From positions 102,592 through 157,112 of the forward strand of contig NZBN01000002.1 of NCBI GenBank assembly GCA_002687935.1: a DNA stretch of 54,521 nt, in the 5' to 3' direction. Source of the DNA: Methanobacteriota archaeon (lineage in GTDB: Archaea; Undinarchaeota; Undinarchaeia; Undinarchaeales; Undinarchaeaceae). Below are positions 18,181 to 27,003 of the stretch, in pieces. Position 1 is the first letter of the stretch. The number at the start of each line of letters is the position of its first letter. The position numbers and the translations under genes were made by a program. The notes below the pieces were generated by a model. The model was not told the origin of the DNA and made no database searches. It saw only the letters and a program-made list of their open reading frames with translations.

Positions 18181-19359
18181 ATGACAGAGAGAACAAATTG
18201 GCTCAAAGACGAAGTACAAGGACTGAAAGACCAGAATCTTTTTGGAGAACTCCCTGTAATGGAAACACCAGCAGGTCCACGGATAAGAATCAATGGAAAG
18301 GATGTAATAACGCTTTCCTCAAATAATTATCTTAATTTTACAAATCACCCAAGAGTTATTGCCGCTGCAAAGAAGGCAATAGATGACTGGGGTTTCGGAA
18401 CCGGTGCTGTAAGACAGATAAACGGAACAATGCCAATACACAACGAGCTCGAGAAAGAGCTTGCTGAGTACAAGGGAACTGAATCTTCACTAGTTTTCGT
18501 CGCAGGAATTGCCGCAAATCGCGGGACAATACAGGCACTTATGGGACCTGAAGACGCGATTATATCCGACGAACTAAACCATGGCAGTATTATAGACGGA
18601 GTGCGACTGACGAAATCAGACAGAAAGATTTTTCCCCACAATGACATGGAGGGCCTGAGAAAGGCACTCCAGGAAACAAAAAATGCTCGAAGGCGACTTG
18701 TAGTTGCAGACGGAGTATTCTCAATGGACGGAGATATTTCTCCTCTGGACCAGATTGTCGAGCTTGCAGAGGAATTTGATGCGATGGTAATGGTTGACGA
18801 CGCTCACGGTGATGGTGTTCTCGGAAAAGAGGGTCGTGGAATTGTTGACCACTTCGGGCTTCACGGCCGCGTAGATATTGACATGGGAACTCTCTCGAAA
18901 GCTTTTGGATGTGTTGGAGGTTATATAGCAGGCGATCAGGAACTTAGAGATTATCTGACAAACAGAGCCCGCTCCTTCATTTTCACAACAGCTCACCCGC
19001 CGGCGATTGTACAGGCTTGCAGAGAAGCGATTAAGATTGTCCAGGAAGAGCCTGAGCATCACAAGCGGCTGTGGGATAACACTAAGCATTTCCAGGAGCA
19101 GATGAAGGACCTTGGCTTCAACACAGGAAGAACCCAGACACCAATAACTCCTGTAATTGTTGGAGAGGCCTCGAAGGCACAGGAACTTTCGAAGAGAATG
19201 TGGGACGAAGGAGTCTTCGTTAAACCAATAGTATTTCCTTTAGTTGCGAAGGACATGTCAAGAATCAGAGCAAACGTTACAGCAGGTCATACAAAGGAAG
19301 ATTTGGATGAGTGCGTAGAGAAGTTCGCGAAAGTCGGAAAGAGCATGGGACTAATATAA
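18181..19359 (+). CDS. kbl: glycine C-acetyltransferase / AON-synthase family PLP enzyme
   Basis: SSNNYL, DELNHGSIIDG, DGVFSMDGD, VDDAHG, GTLSKA. Confidence 0.88.
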   Translation: MTERTNWLKDEVQGLKDQNLFGELPVMETPAGPRIRINGKDVITLSSNNYLNFTNHPRVIAAAKKAIDDWGFGTGAVRQINGTMPIHNELEKELAEYKGTESSLVFVAGIAANRGTIQALMGPEDAIISDELNHGSIIDGVRLTKSDRKIFPHNDMEGLRKALQETKNARRRLVVADGVFSMDGDISPLDQIVELAEEFDAMVMVDDAHGDGVLGKEGRGIVDHFGLHGRVDIDMGTLSKAFGCVGGYIAGDQELRDYLTNRARSFIFTTAHPPAIVQACREAIKIVQEEPEHHKRLWDNTKHFQEQMKDLGFNTGRTQTPITPVIVGEASKAQELSKRMWDEGVFVKPIVFPLVAKDMSRIRANVTAGHTKEDLDECVEKFAKVGKSMGLI

Positions 19360-19392
19360 TCCTACTTTAATCTAGGATTAGTTCAAAACCAC

Positions 19393-19566
19393 TCACTTCA
19401 TATAATGACTGGCAACTATTAGTCCACCGGCGATTATTTGAATTATCGAATGTATCTGCACCTGGTCCTGAGGTAGTCCCTTTAGCAGAGTAAAGATGTG
19501 CAACCCTATAACTGCGACTACTCCAATCCAGAACAAATACTTTGATGTCTGTGCTTCCTTTGCCAT
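19393..19566 (-). CDS. 57-aa two-TM microprotein (not in ORF track)
   Basis: MAKEAQTSKYLFWIGVVAVIGLHIFTLLKGLPQDQVQIHSIIQIIAGGLIVASHYMK; fills the intergenic gap; TATA-like element upstream. Confidence 0.65.
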   Translation of the reverse strand: MAKEAQTSKYLFWIGVVAVIGLHIFTLLKGLPQDQVQIHSIIQIIAGGLIVASHYMK

Positions 19567-19601
19567 AAAAGTGGATAGGGAAGTTTAGTATATAATAGTA
19601 A

Positions 19602-20288
19602 TTATTTCAGCTTCTTCTGCTCTTCCAGTTTCGGAGTCTCCGCATAACAGCGGTCTTCATACTCACAAAATCTGCAGATATACCCTTTGTCCTCAATGCG
19701 CGCTTCAGGAACCGGAATAATATTATTTGTCAGACTTGTATGGAGAATTTTGAAACGCTCAATTATTTTATTTGCCATTTCTTCATCATAAGTAAGTGGG
19801 AAAACTTTTGACTTGAGATTTTGTTTGTCAATATACAGAATAACACCATCTTTTATATCAAGAGAATTCATATAAAGCTGTAACTGCATTTTGTGCTCAG
19901 GCTTCGCATCATCGAGACCATTGAGCTGTTTTATTGATTTTACCTCAATTAAGAGCTTCTTGCTGTCTTCCTTCAAAAGAATTAGATTGTCAATTCTTCC
20001 CGAGATTATGAAATCTTCCACTTCTCTGGTGAACGGAATTTCATCACCGATTGAATCTATATGTGCGTTTTTGTCGCTTTCCAGGACCTTGACAACAAAG
20101 TCATGAATCATATCTCCAAGTGCAAAAATCTTTATCAAGTCCTTGTCCTTTTCTTCGCTCGGGAAATTATAGCTGTACCAAATCTTGCGGAGACAGCTGC
20201 CTATCTCCGACGGATAGTAACGCCCAATTGTCTTCTTCTTACTTTCGCGCTTGAGGAAATTGTCCACAAGTTCATCAAAATCAATCAT
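19602..20288 (-). CDS. solo Cas4-like PD-(D/E)XK nuclease with Fe-S ligands
   Basis: PSEIGSCLRK, G...H, GRID, IEVKS, QLQLY, CRFCEYEDRC. Confidence 0.88.
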   Translation of the reverse strand: MIDFDELVDNFLKRESKKKTIGRYYPSEIGSCLRKIWYSYNFPSEEKDKDLIKIFALGDMIHDFVVKVLESDKNAHIDSIGDEIPFTREVEDFIISGRIDNLILLKEDSKKLLIEVKSIKQLNGLDDAKPEHKMQLQLYMNSLDIKDGVILYIDKQNLKSKVFPLTYDEEMANKIIERFKILHTSLTNNIIPVPEARIEDKGYICRFCEYEDRCYAETPKLEEQKKLK

Positions 20289-20350
20289 AAAAATAGCATT
20301 ATCTGAGCTAGGATATATAATTTTAATTAGCTGAGACGAGTTAATGAATT

Positions 20351-20734
20351 TTATTTCTCAAGAAGAACTGCATTGATGTAGCCTTCTTGTCCAGGTCTGT
20401 TAGTAACTTTTGCAGAACCTGCGCTTGTTTCAAGAACTGCACCCTTTGTTATTGTGTTTCGGCGGATATAGTGCTGATTAGCTTTATTATCACTGACAGA
20501 CAAAATCTCAGCCTTCTTGAACTTCTTAGTCTTCAAATCAAGAACATTGACTTCCTTTACAGTAATTGCCCGAGATTTTATGTTTCCGCCACATCCTCGG
20601 ACAGACTGTGTCTTGCCTGCACCGATTCGGACCTCAATTTGATCACGTCCAAGAGCGTGAAAACGCTTCTTTCGGTAGGCGATATACCTTCCGCCTGTGT
20701 TCTTCCTCTTTGGTCTTTCCTGTAGTCTTGCCAT
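20351..20734 (-). CDS. rps8e: 30S ribosomal protein S8e
   Basis: RKNTGG, RGCGGNIK, RRNTITKGA, VTNRPGQEG. Confidence 0.96.
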   Translation of the reverse strand: MARLQERPKRKNTGGRYIAYRKKRFHALGRDQIEVRIGAGKTQSVRGCGGNIKSRAITVKEVNVLDLKTKKFKKAEILSVSDNKANQHYIRRNTITKGAVLETSAGSAKVTNRPGQEGYINAVLLEK

Positions 20735-20853
20735 TTGCCTTCTTATAGGAAACTTCTTGCTTTAAATAATTATCTAAGTCCTCCTGACAGCGTTTAAAAG
20801 AGGCTCCAGCAAGCAATAATTATAAATAGTCGTTTATGGGTAGAGAAGGCACT

Positions 20854-21081
20854 ATGGGAGAAAGACCTTTTGATTCTCTGAATCAATCATTGGGAAATCC
20901 GGTTATTTTGCGTCTTAAAGACGGAGGAGAAATCCGCGGAATTTTGAAAGCTTTCGATGTTCACATGAATGTCGTGCTTGAAGATACAGAGGAGACAGAC
21001 TCAGAGAGCACAAAGAGATTTGGAACCCTCATTGTCAGAGGAGACAATATTATTTTCATAAGCCCGAACAACAAGAAGTGA
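20854..21081 (+). CDS. Sm-like (LSm) RNA-binding protein
   Basis: RPFDSL, GILKAFDVHMNVVL, IVRGDNI; adjacent to L37e (track start 20836). Confidence 0.95.
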   Translation: MGERPFDSLNQSLGNPVILRLKDGGEIRGILKAFDVHMNVVLEDTEETDSESTKRFGTLIVRGDNIIFISPNNKK

Positions 21082-21087
21082 GGAAAG

Positions 21088-21249
21088 ATGGGAAAAGGAA
21101 CACCTTCAAGGGGAAAACATAACAAAAGAACGCACATTCGCTGCAGACGCTGCGGAAAGCATGCATACCATGCAACGCATGAAGTCTGTGCCAGCTGTGG
21201 CTTCGGAAAGAGTTCAAAACTCAGAAGCTTCGCCTGGCAAAATAGGTAA
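21088..21249 (+). CDS. rpl37e: 50S ribosomal protein L37e (not in ORF track)
   Basis: [28 protein letters not shown]...CASCGFG. Confidence 0.97.
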   Translation: MGKGTPSRGKHNKRTHIRCRRCGKHAYHATHEVCASCGFGKSSKLRSFAWQNR

Positions 21250-21279
21250 ATTTATAACCGCAGTACCTTATTCCTACTT

Positions 21280-22848
21280 GTGAAAAGATTAATTATCATC
21301 TTGATTGCGCTGATTTTGATAGCCCCTGGTGTTTATGCTCACCACAGCAGTGTAAATTTGGAGAGTATAACAGATAACTCAAAGATTGTGGAAGAAGGAG
21401 AACTTGTTGAAGAAACAGATGACAATGATTCTGATGATGACCCACTTACAAGAGGAGAAGTGGCGAAGAAGATGGTAGATGAATTAGGGATGATTCCTGA
21501 ATACGATGACACTGGTTTTGAAGACACAGAAATTGATTGGGATGCAGATTCTATAGAAGCTCTTGATGACGCGGGAGTAGTCAAGGGTTATGATGATGAG
21601 GGTATATTCAAACCTGAAACAGAAACTGCCCTTAAGGAGTTAAATTTAATTTTGACGGATTTTGGAATGGCTGAGAAAACCAGCGGAATTATAAGAGATT
21701 TGAGTTCCTCAATTGATGCAAGTTCCGAAGGAATATCAGAATTTGAGAAGGAGATGCAGATGAGGAATTTGGAAGACCTGCGAAGCCTGATTTCTAACTC
21801 CAGAGAAAGTGATGAAGAAAGGGAAAGTGCTCTGGCCCTTGTTGAGCAGGTGCGGATATTTTTTATTGCCATTCCATCAATTTCAGATGACCTTTCTCAA
21901 GCCTTGCAAGAACCCCGTGAGACATTTCGTGGAATACAAGAAGTAGACTCTGTGCAGAGAATAAGGCAGGGAATTTCAGAAGTCAGACAGATTCTAGATC
22001 AGATAAATTCCGAGAACAAGGAAGCCACACAGTTTGAGGCAATGTCACTTTTGAAAGAAATAAAAAGTTTTACAGATTCGGCAAAGCTTGACGAGGAGGA
22101 GAGGGAAAGTTTTGATAGCCAGATAGAGAAACTAAAATTCCTGATAAGAAGCGCAGAAAGTCCTGATGTAAAGAAAGCAAGACTGATAAAAAAGAAGGCT
22201 ACAGTACTTTCAACAGACGAACTCAAAGTAATAAAGAGGAAAATAAGGGATATTTCTGAAGATGCAGATTGTGAAGAAAGTGATGACCGAGAAGAAAGAA
22301 TACGTTGTAGACTCGCGGTTGTAAAGGAACATGGAACTTACCTTGTTTCAGAAGAAGAGTATGACAGTGATGAGTGCCGGGATCTGAAAGGAGAGCAAAA
22401 AGAATCCTGCAACCTGAAGTATACCTCATATAGAAAATGTTCTGAAATTAATGAAGAGAGGGAAGAAGTCCTATCTTGCGTTAGGAAAGCACTTGGAACC
22501 GAAAATAATGTTAAAGAAGATGTTTCTGAATGCAAACAAATGGAAGGCGAAGACAGAACAAAGTGCGAGATTGAAGTAAAGGATAGAGTTTATGACACAA
22601 TAAAAATAAGACTTCAAGGACTGCAAGATAAGGCCGAGGAATATCTTTCACGAGGATATGTAAGTGAAGAGCTGGCTTCGAGACTCATAAATTCAATTGA
22701 ATTAAAGAAGGGAGAATTTGACTCTGCTGAAACTCTTTGGGAAAAGAGAGAAATCATTAATCAGGTGAAGCGGATTTGGAGCGCATTTGTTGAAACTGGA
22801 AAAGCAGAATACCAAAAACAGCAGGAGGTCGGAATAAATGAAATATAA
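21280..22848 (+). CDS. secreted acidic protein with SLH-like segment and Cys-rich helical region
   Basis: signal peptide; LTRGEVA...FED...W...IEAL..AGVVKGY..G.FKP; spaced Cys in the C-terminal half. Confidence 0.75.
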   Translation: MKRLIIILIALILIAPGVYAHHSSVNLESITDNSKIVEEGELVEETDDNDSDDDPLTRGEVAKKMVDELGMIPEYDDTGFEDTEIDWDADSIEALDDAGVVKGYDDEGIFKPETETALKELNLILTDFGMAEKTSGIIRDLSSSIDASSEGISEFEKEMQMRNLEDLRSLISNSRESDEERESALALVEQVRIFFIAIPSISDDLSQALQEPRETFRGIQEVDSVQRIRQGISEVRQILDQINSENKEATQFEAMSLLKEIKSFTDSAKLDEEERESFDSQIEKLKFLIRSAESPDVKKARLIKKKATVLSTDELKVIKRKIRDISEDADCEESDDREERIRCRLAVVKEHGTYLVSEEEYDSDECRDLKGEQKESCNLKYTSYRKCSEINEEREEVLSCVRKALGTENNVKEDVSECKQMEGEDRTKCEIEVKDRVYDTIKIRLQGLQDKAEEYLSRGYVSEELASRLINSIELKKGEFDSAETLWEKREIINQVKRIWSAFVETGKAEYQKQQEVGINEI

Positions 22849-23035
22849 AATAATTGCACTTGTTCTTGCAGTTTTCGTAAGTGGGTGCACAGCGATAGAT
22901 GGTGGAGCAGGAGAAATTTCTGAAGAGGAAAAACAGGAACGTCAGGATGTCGAAGAACTCTTTGAAGATGACTTAGATGAGGCTCATGAAGATTTGGATG
23001 AGCTTGAAGAACTCTTTGAAGATGACTTAGATTAG
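22838..23035 (+). CDS. small acidic lipoprotein-like protein
   Basis: GGAGG SD, VSGC lipobox-like motif, acidic repeat. Confidence 0.65.
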   Translation: MKYKIIALVLAVFVSGCTAIDGGAGEISEEEKQERQDVEELFEDDLDEAHEDLDELEELFEDDLD

Positions 23036-23066
23036 GTTCATGAAGATTTGGACGAGCTTGAAGAAC
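22952..23066. repeat. 54-bp tandem repeat spanning the stop codon of the small lipoprotein
   Basis: gaagaac at 22952, 23006 and 23060. Confidence 0.85.
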
Positions 23067-23119
23067 GAGAGTATATCAGCAAACTTAAATAAAAGGAAGT
23101 TTCTATAAAGCTCTACTGC

Positions 23120-23193
<74 letters not shown>

Positions 23194-23210
23194 TTTTTTA
23201 TTATTGTATA

Positions 23211-23504
23211 TTATGATGAGGCACGTGTAGCTTTGTAAATGAGATCACTCATTTCTCTGAACTGAGTTCTTTCCATACTATCGAGCTTGCTCAATATATC
23301 TAAAATGGATAGCCTCTCACCATCAATATCAAAACACATTGCCCCAACTGTGCTCTCTTTTTCAATTAATCTTCGAAGTTTTTTAGTACTGGAATCGTAT
23401 TTTTTCCAGCGTGGCGCCCCGTGTTTATTTTTAGCAGTAATGGCAGAGTACATATCTATAAATAAATGCATGACTTTTTTACTATGGTCTTTTTTCCAGA
23501 ACAT
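23211..23504 (-). CDS. hypothetical protein
   Basis: 97-aa ATG-started ORF filling the gap. Confidence 0.5.
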   Translation of the reverse strand: MFWKKDHSKKVMHLFIDMYSAITAKNKHGAPRWKKYDSSTKKLRRLIEKESTVGAMCFDIDGERLSILDILSKLDSMERTQFREMSDLIYKATRASS

Positions 23505-23588
23505 CTTAACAATAACAATATAATTTAATTTTATTTAAAACTTAGGCTGTCCGATTTATTTATAAGAGAGGTAAGCATCTTATCAAGA

Positions 23589-24044
23589 ATGTTCACCCAA
23601 GTCATAACATTGATTGGCATTGTAATATTGGGATCCTTCATAAGCATAGGCGCCAGAAGAGCTGACCTACAGGGAATCGAACTATGGCTGCCTTTCGGAC
23701 TGCTTATATCATATGCATATTCACCACTCTGGGGTTTCCTCATCGCCTTTCTGATGCTTTTGATATCCTGGATTGTATTCCCCTATGGAGTACAATACCT
23801 AGCTCTGACTTCAGCATTCCTTATTCCAACTTTCGCGATAACTAATTTCTTCCCGATAAGTGAGGCAAGCTTCTTTAGCACAATAATGGGGATTGTTGTA
23901 GCCTACAACATAATTTCAAATGTAGCCTATGTATTGTTCGGGGCAAATATAGTCCGAATAATAAAGTTCGCAGTTTTCTCTGTGGCATTTAACTGGATAA
24001 TAATGTATTATTTTGGATGGACCTTCATCCAATGGCTAGCTTGA
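23589..24044 (+). CDS. multi-pass membrane protein
   Basis: about five hydrophobic segments. Confidence 0.7.
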   Translation: MFTQVITLIGIVILGSFISIGARRADLQGIELWLPFGLLISYAYSPLWGFLIAFLMLLISWIVFPYGVQYLALTSAFLIPTFAITNFFPISEASFFSTIMGIVVAYNIISNVAYVLFGANIVRIIKFAVFSVAFNWIIMYYFGWTFIQWLA

Positions 24045-24114
24045 GGAAGATTAATATAAGCACATATTCAAGAAAATTGTAAACAGGTGAGGAGAATGGC
24101 AGAAAAAACAACAG

Positions 24115-25365
24115 GTGATCCAAGTGACGCGGGTGGAGAACCAAACCATAGGTATGAAGTTCCTGCTCAGCTTCATATACGAGAACACGAAAGAGCTTAA
24201 GGAGAGCTCAGCTGCACTTTTTTTATCCATATTTGCTTCTGCTGTAGCAGGTGCCTTTCTGAGCAGTTCAAAGGAAATGCTCCTAATTATACCTGGACTT
24301 ATAATTCTGGTTCCAGGCGCAACGAATATGAGAGGGGCAATTTTTGGCGCTGTTGGTGCAAGGCTTGGCTCGGCATTTCATCTCGGACAAATAAAATCCT
24401 TTGGTCTGAAAAATGATGTAGTAAAAACCAATGTTCTTTCTTCTGCGTATCTGAGTATTATTTTTCCAGTAATACTTGCATCACTTGCCTCTCTCTTCTC
24501 CACCGTTCTTGGCTTAGAAGGTGCAACAATATCAACTTTCATAACAATAGCCTTCATGGGAAGTATATTTGCAGGCTCAATCCTGCTTCTTGTAACATTC
24601 TTTATAGCATTTACAGCATATGGAAGGGGCTGGGATCCAGACAATGTTACGTCTCCACTAATTGCTTCAATCGGAGACATAATTACCCTGCCTTCACTTC
24701 TTGCTGCTGCCTGGCTGACACTTCGTTTTTCAAATTTTTCTGATTATTTTTCACTTGGAGTTATTGGACTCCTAATTATATTGATAATAACAATCATTCT
24801 CGGAAAAGACTCTAAAACACGTGTAATAGTTGTACAGAGTTCTGCAGTCCTTTTAGTAACAACACTTCTGAACACAATATCAGGTCTTCTTCTACAAGAC
24901 ACCCTCGGAACTCTGATTGCAATACCTAGTGTTTTGGTTCTTCTACCGGCCTTTCTCTCACAAGGAGGAAATATCGGAAGTATATTCGCATCGCGTTTCA
25001 CAACAAAACTGCATCTTGGAATAATTCATGAAGAATATAGGGGAGGATTTGAAACACTTAAAGAAATGTTTGGAGCTTACACATTTGCACTTTTAATATT
25101 CCCAGTAGTAGGTGCAATTTCAATTGGAATTTCAGGATTTATTGGAATACCAAATATACTTGGAACTAAGCTTATTCTGATAAGCCTCATTGGAGGATTG
25201 ATTGTTACAACAGTTGTGGTTCTTTCTTCCTTTTTCATCTCCATATTTTTCATGCGACGCTCAATTGACCCGGACAATGTGATAGTGCCAATAATAACCA
25301 GTATGGCAGATATATTTGGAGTAATTTCTCTTGTAATTGTCCTGACACTTTTCGGAGCAGTATAA
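24115..25365 (+). CDS. MgtE/SLC41-type divalent cation transporter (membrane domain duplicated; start possibly ATG 24154)
   Basis: RGAIFG, DPDNVTSPLIASIGD, GGNIGS, DPDNVIVPIITSMAD. Confidence 0.9.
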   Translation: MIQVTRVENQTIGMKFLLSFIYENTKELKESSAALFLSIFASAVAGAFLSSSKEMLLIIPGLIILVPGATNMRGAIFGAVGARLGSAFHLGQIKSFGLKNDVVKTNVLSSAYLSIIFPVILASLASLFSTVLGLEGATISTFITIAFMGSIFAGSILLLVTFFIAFTAYGRGWDPDNVTSPLIASIGDIITLPSLLAAAWLTLRFSNFSDYFSLGVIGLLIILIITIILGKDSKTRVIVVQSSAVLLVTTLLNTISGLLLQDTLGTLIAIPSVLVLLPAFLSQGGNIGSIFASRFTTKLHLGIIHEEYRGGFETLKEMFGAYTFALLIFPVVGAISIGISGFIGIPNILGTKLILISLIGGLIVTTVVVLSSFFISIFFMRRSIDPDNVIVPIITSMADIFGVISLVIVLTLFGAV

Positions 25366-25416
25366 ACACAAGAAATAAAAAGAGTTGAATTCAAACATAG
25401 AGAGCCAGACACAAGT

Positions 25417-25555
25417 GCCGGCGTAGCTCAGTCTGGTTAGAGCGCTAGACTCATAAGCATCTTATGAGTGATGATCCTTTCTTGAGCAAGAAGGGAAGTG
25501 ACTTATGTGGCGCTAAGACATCTAGAAGTCGCGTGTTCAAATCACGCCGCCGGCA
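25417..25555 (+). tRNA. tRNA-Met(CAT), elongator-like, with a 64-nt intron at 37/38 (25456-25519)
   Basis: GCCGGCG/CGCCGGC acceptor stem; CTAGA-CTCATA[intron]A-TCTAG; relaxed BHB; tRNA-Ile(CAT) not excluded. Confidence 0.88.
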
Positions 25556-25587
25556 CTCATATTTATCACGCAATACAATAAGTCCCG

Positions 25588-26379
25588 ATGAAACTGAAGA
25601 TACTATCCTGGAATGTATGGGTTGGAAATAGGAAAGCACAGGAAGTTGTTGATTTTATTTTTTCGCAAAAGGCCGATATAATATGCCTTCAGGAAGTTCC
25701 TTCAGATATATTTGAGCTTCTTCAAACGAGTTCACTACAAGAAAACTACTATTTTTATCAGGCAGTGGACCACCTGGAAGTGAAGAAACATGGGACTGCA
25801 AGTCACCTAGTAACTATGTTTAAGAAGGATTTTAGGAGAGGACGATCAAATACCTTTGAACTTGGGGAAGGAGGTATCAGAAGAATTTACCAGAGAATAA
25901 TGAAATGGCACGAGAGTGTTGAGGGTTCGTTTGTAGATATAGAAAGAAGGAGAAGAAAATACAGAATTTTCAATGTACATCTGGAGGCTGTTGCCCCGCC
26001 AAGAAACCGAGAGAAGCAATTTAAAAAAATGTTGAAACAGAGAGAGCCAATTGGAGTAAATATTGTGTGTGGAGATTTTAATATAATAGGTGGAGGAAAA
26101 ATTAAAAACTTCTTTCTTGCACCACTTTTTACAGTAATTTATGGTTTCAGGGGAAGAGACCTTGTAAAAAATGAAAAAAAAGAATTCAAAGAAGTATGTA
26201 GGAAATATGGTTTGAAAGATCCTTTTCTAGGAAAGAAAACTTACGCAGCTTTGGGACATACAAAATCTTTGGACAAAATATTAATCCCAGATAGTTTTGA
26301 AGTACTTGAAAAGGAGGTTATTAAAAAACTCTATGGCTCCGACCACTATCCTATTATTCTGGAAGTAAAAGAAAAGTAG
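25588..26379 (+). CDS. endonuclease/exonuclease/phosphatase family protein
   Basis: SWNV, DIICLQEV, NVHL, GDFN, LDKI, SDHYP. Confidence 0.93.
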   Translation: MKLKILSWNVWVGNRKAQEVVDFIFSQKADIICLQEVPSDIFELLQTSSLQENYYFYQAVDHLEVKKHGTASHLVTMFKKDFRRGRSNTFELGEGGIRRIYQRIMKWHESVEGSFVDIERRRRKYRIFNVHLEAVAPPRNREKQFKKMLKQREPIGVNIVCGDFNIIGGGKIKNFFLAPLFTVIYGFRGRDLVKNEKKEFKEVCRKYGLKDPFLGKKTYAALGHTKSLDKILIPDSFEVLEKEVIKKLYGSDHYPIILEVKEK

Positions 26380-26424
26380 CCTATAGCAAGAAATAAAAAG
26401 AGATTATTTCATCAATACTTTTAT

Positions 26425-26514
26425 GCCTCGGTAGCTCAGATGGCAACCTGCAAACAGGTTGATCATTTTGACTACATGAGCCCATCTAAAGAGGGGCTAA
26501 ATAGGCAGAATACC
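26425..26514 (+). other. duplicated tRNA-Thr 5' fragment followed by a structured intron-like segment
   Basis: GCCTCGGTAGCTCAGATGGCA vs GCCTCGGTAGCTCAATGGCA; two hairpins. Confidence 0.7.
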
Positions 26515-26586
26515 GCCTCGGTAGCTCAATGGCAGAGCGTCTGTTTTGTAAACAGAAGGTTGGGAGTTCAAATCTCCTCCGAGGCT
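26515..26586 (+). tRNA. tRNA-Thr(TGT)
   Basis: GCCTCGG/CCGAGGC acceptor stem, TCTGT-TTTGTAA-ACAGA anticodon arm. Confidence 0.93.
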
Positions 26587-26662
26587 TTCCCCTTTTAGTT
26601 CAAATCACCTACTAACTCTATATATACTCGCCAAAATGCAAGTATACCATATAGGGACACAT

Positions 26663-26779
26663 ATGAACAATCTATACCCAACAAAAAGGGCATACAAAAG
26701 TGCAAAAGAGAAGCTAAAGAATAATAAAAAGATTATTCCTGAGAATAAAGAGAAAATATTGAATTATGAGAAAAATTAA
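26663..26779 (+). pseudogene. 38-aa ORF, possible N-terminal remnant of a tRNA-linked integrase
   Basis: MNNLYPTKRAYKSAKEKLKNNKKIIPENKEKILNYEKN directly after the tRNA; resemblance by eye only. Confidence 0.3.
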
Positions 26780-26986
26780 ATGAAACAAAAACAACTAATT
26801 CAGATTGAGGATATTTGGAAAGTATACCAAATAGGCAGCATTAAGGTAGAGGCATTGCGGGGGGTGACCCTCTCAATAAAACAGGGAGAGTTTGTGGCAA
26901 TAACTGGCCCCAGCGGCAGCGGCAAGAGTACAATAATGAATATGGTCGGGGCTTTGGATATTCCTTCTAAAATCTATTTATACTAA
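26780..26986 (+). pseudogene. truncated ABC transporter ATP-binding protein (LolD/MacB type)
   Basis: [30 protein letters not shown] then stop; no signature motif or Walker B. Confidence 0.85.
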
Positions 26987-27003
26987 GATTAATTATTCTA
27001 ATT

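Noticed and set aside
19360-20350. CRISPR-Cas locus around the Cas4-like gene
   Set aside because: No repeat-spacer array and no cas1/cas2 seen anywhere in the window
23033-23035. Pyrrolysine or genome-wide amber recoding
   Set aside because: TAG terminates conserved genes at their expected ends, and no pyl genes or tRNA-CTA are in the window
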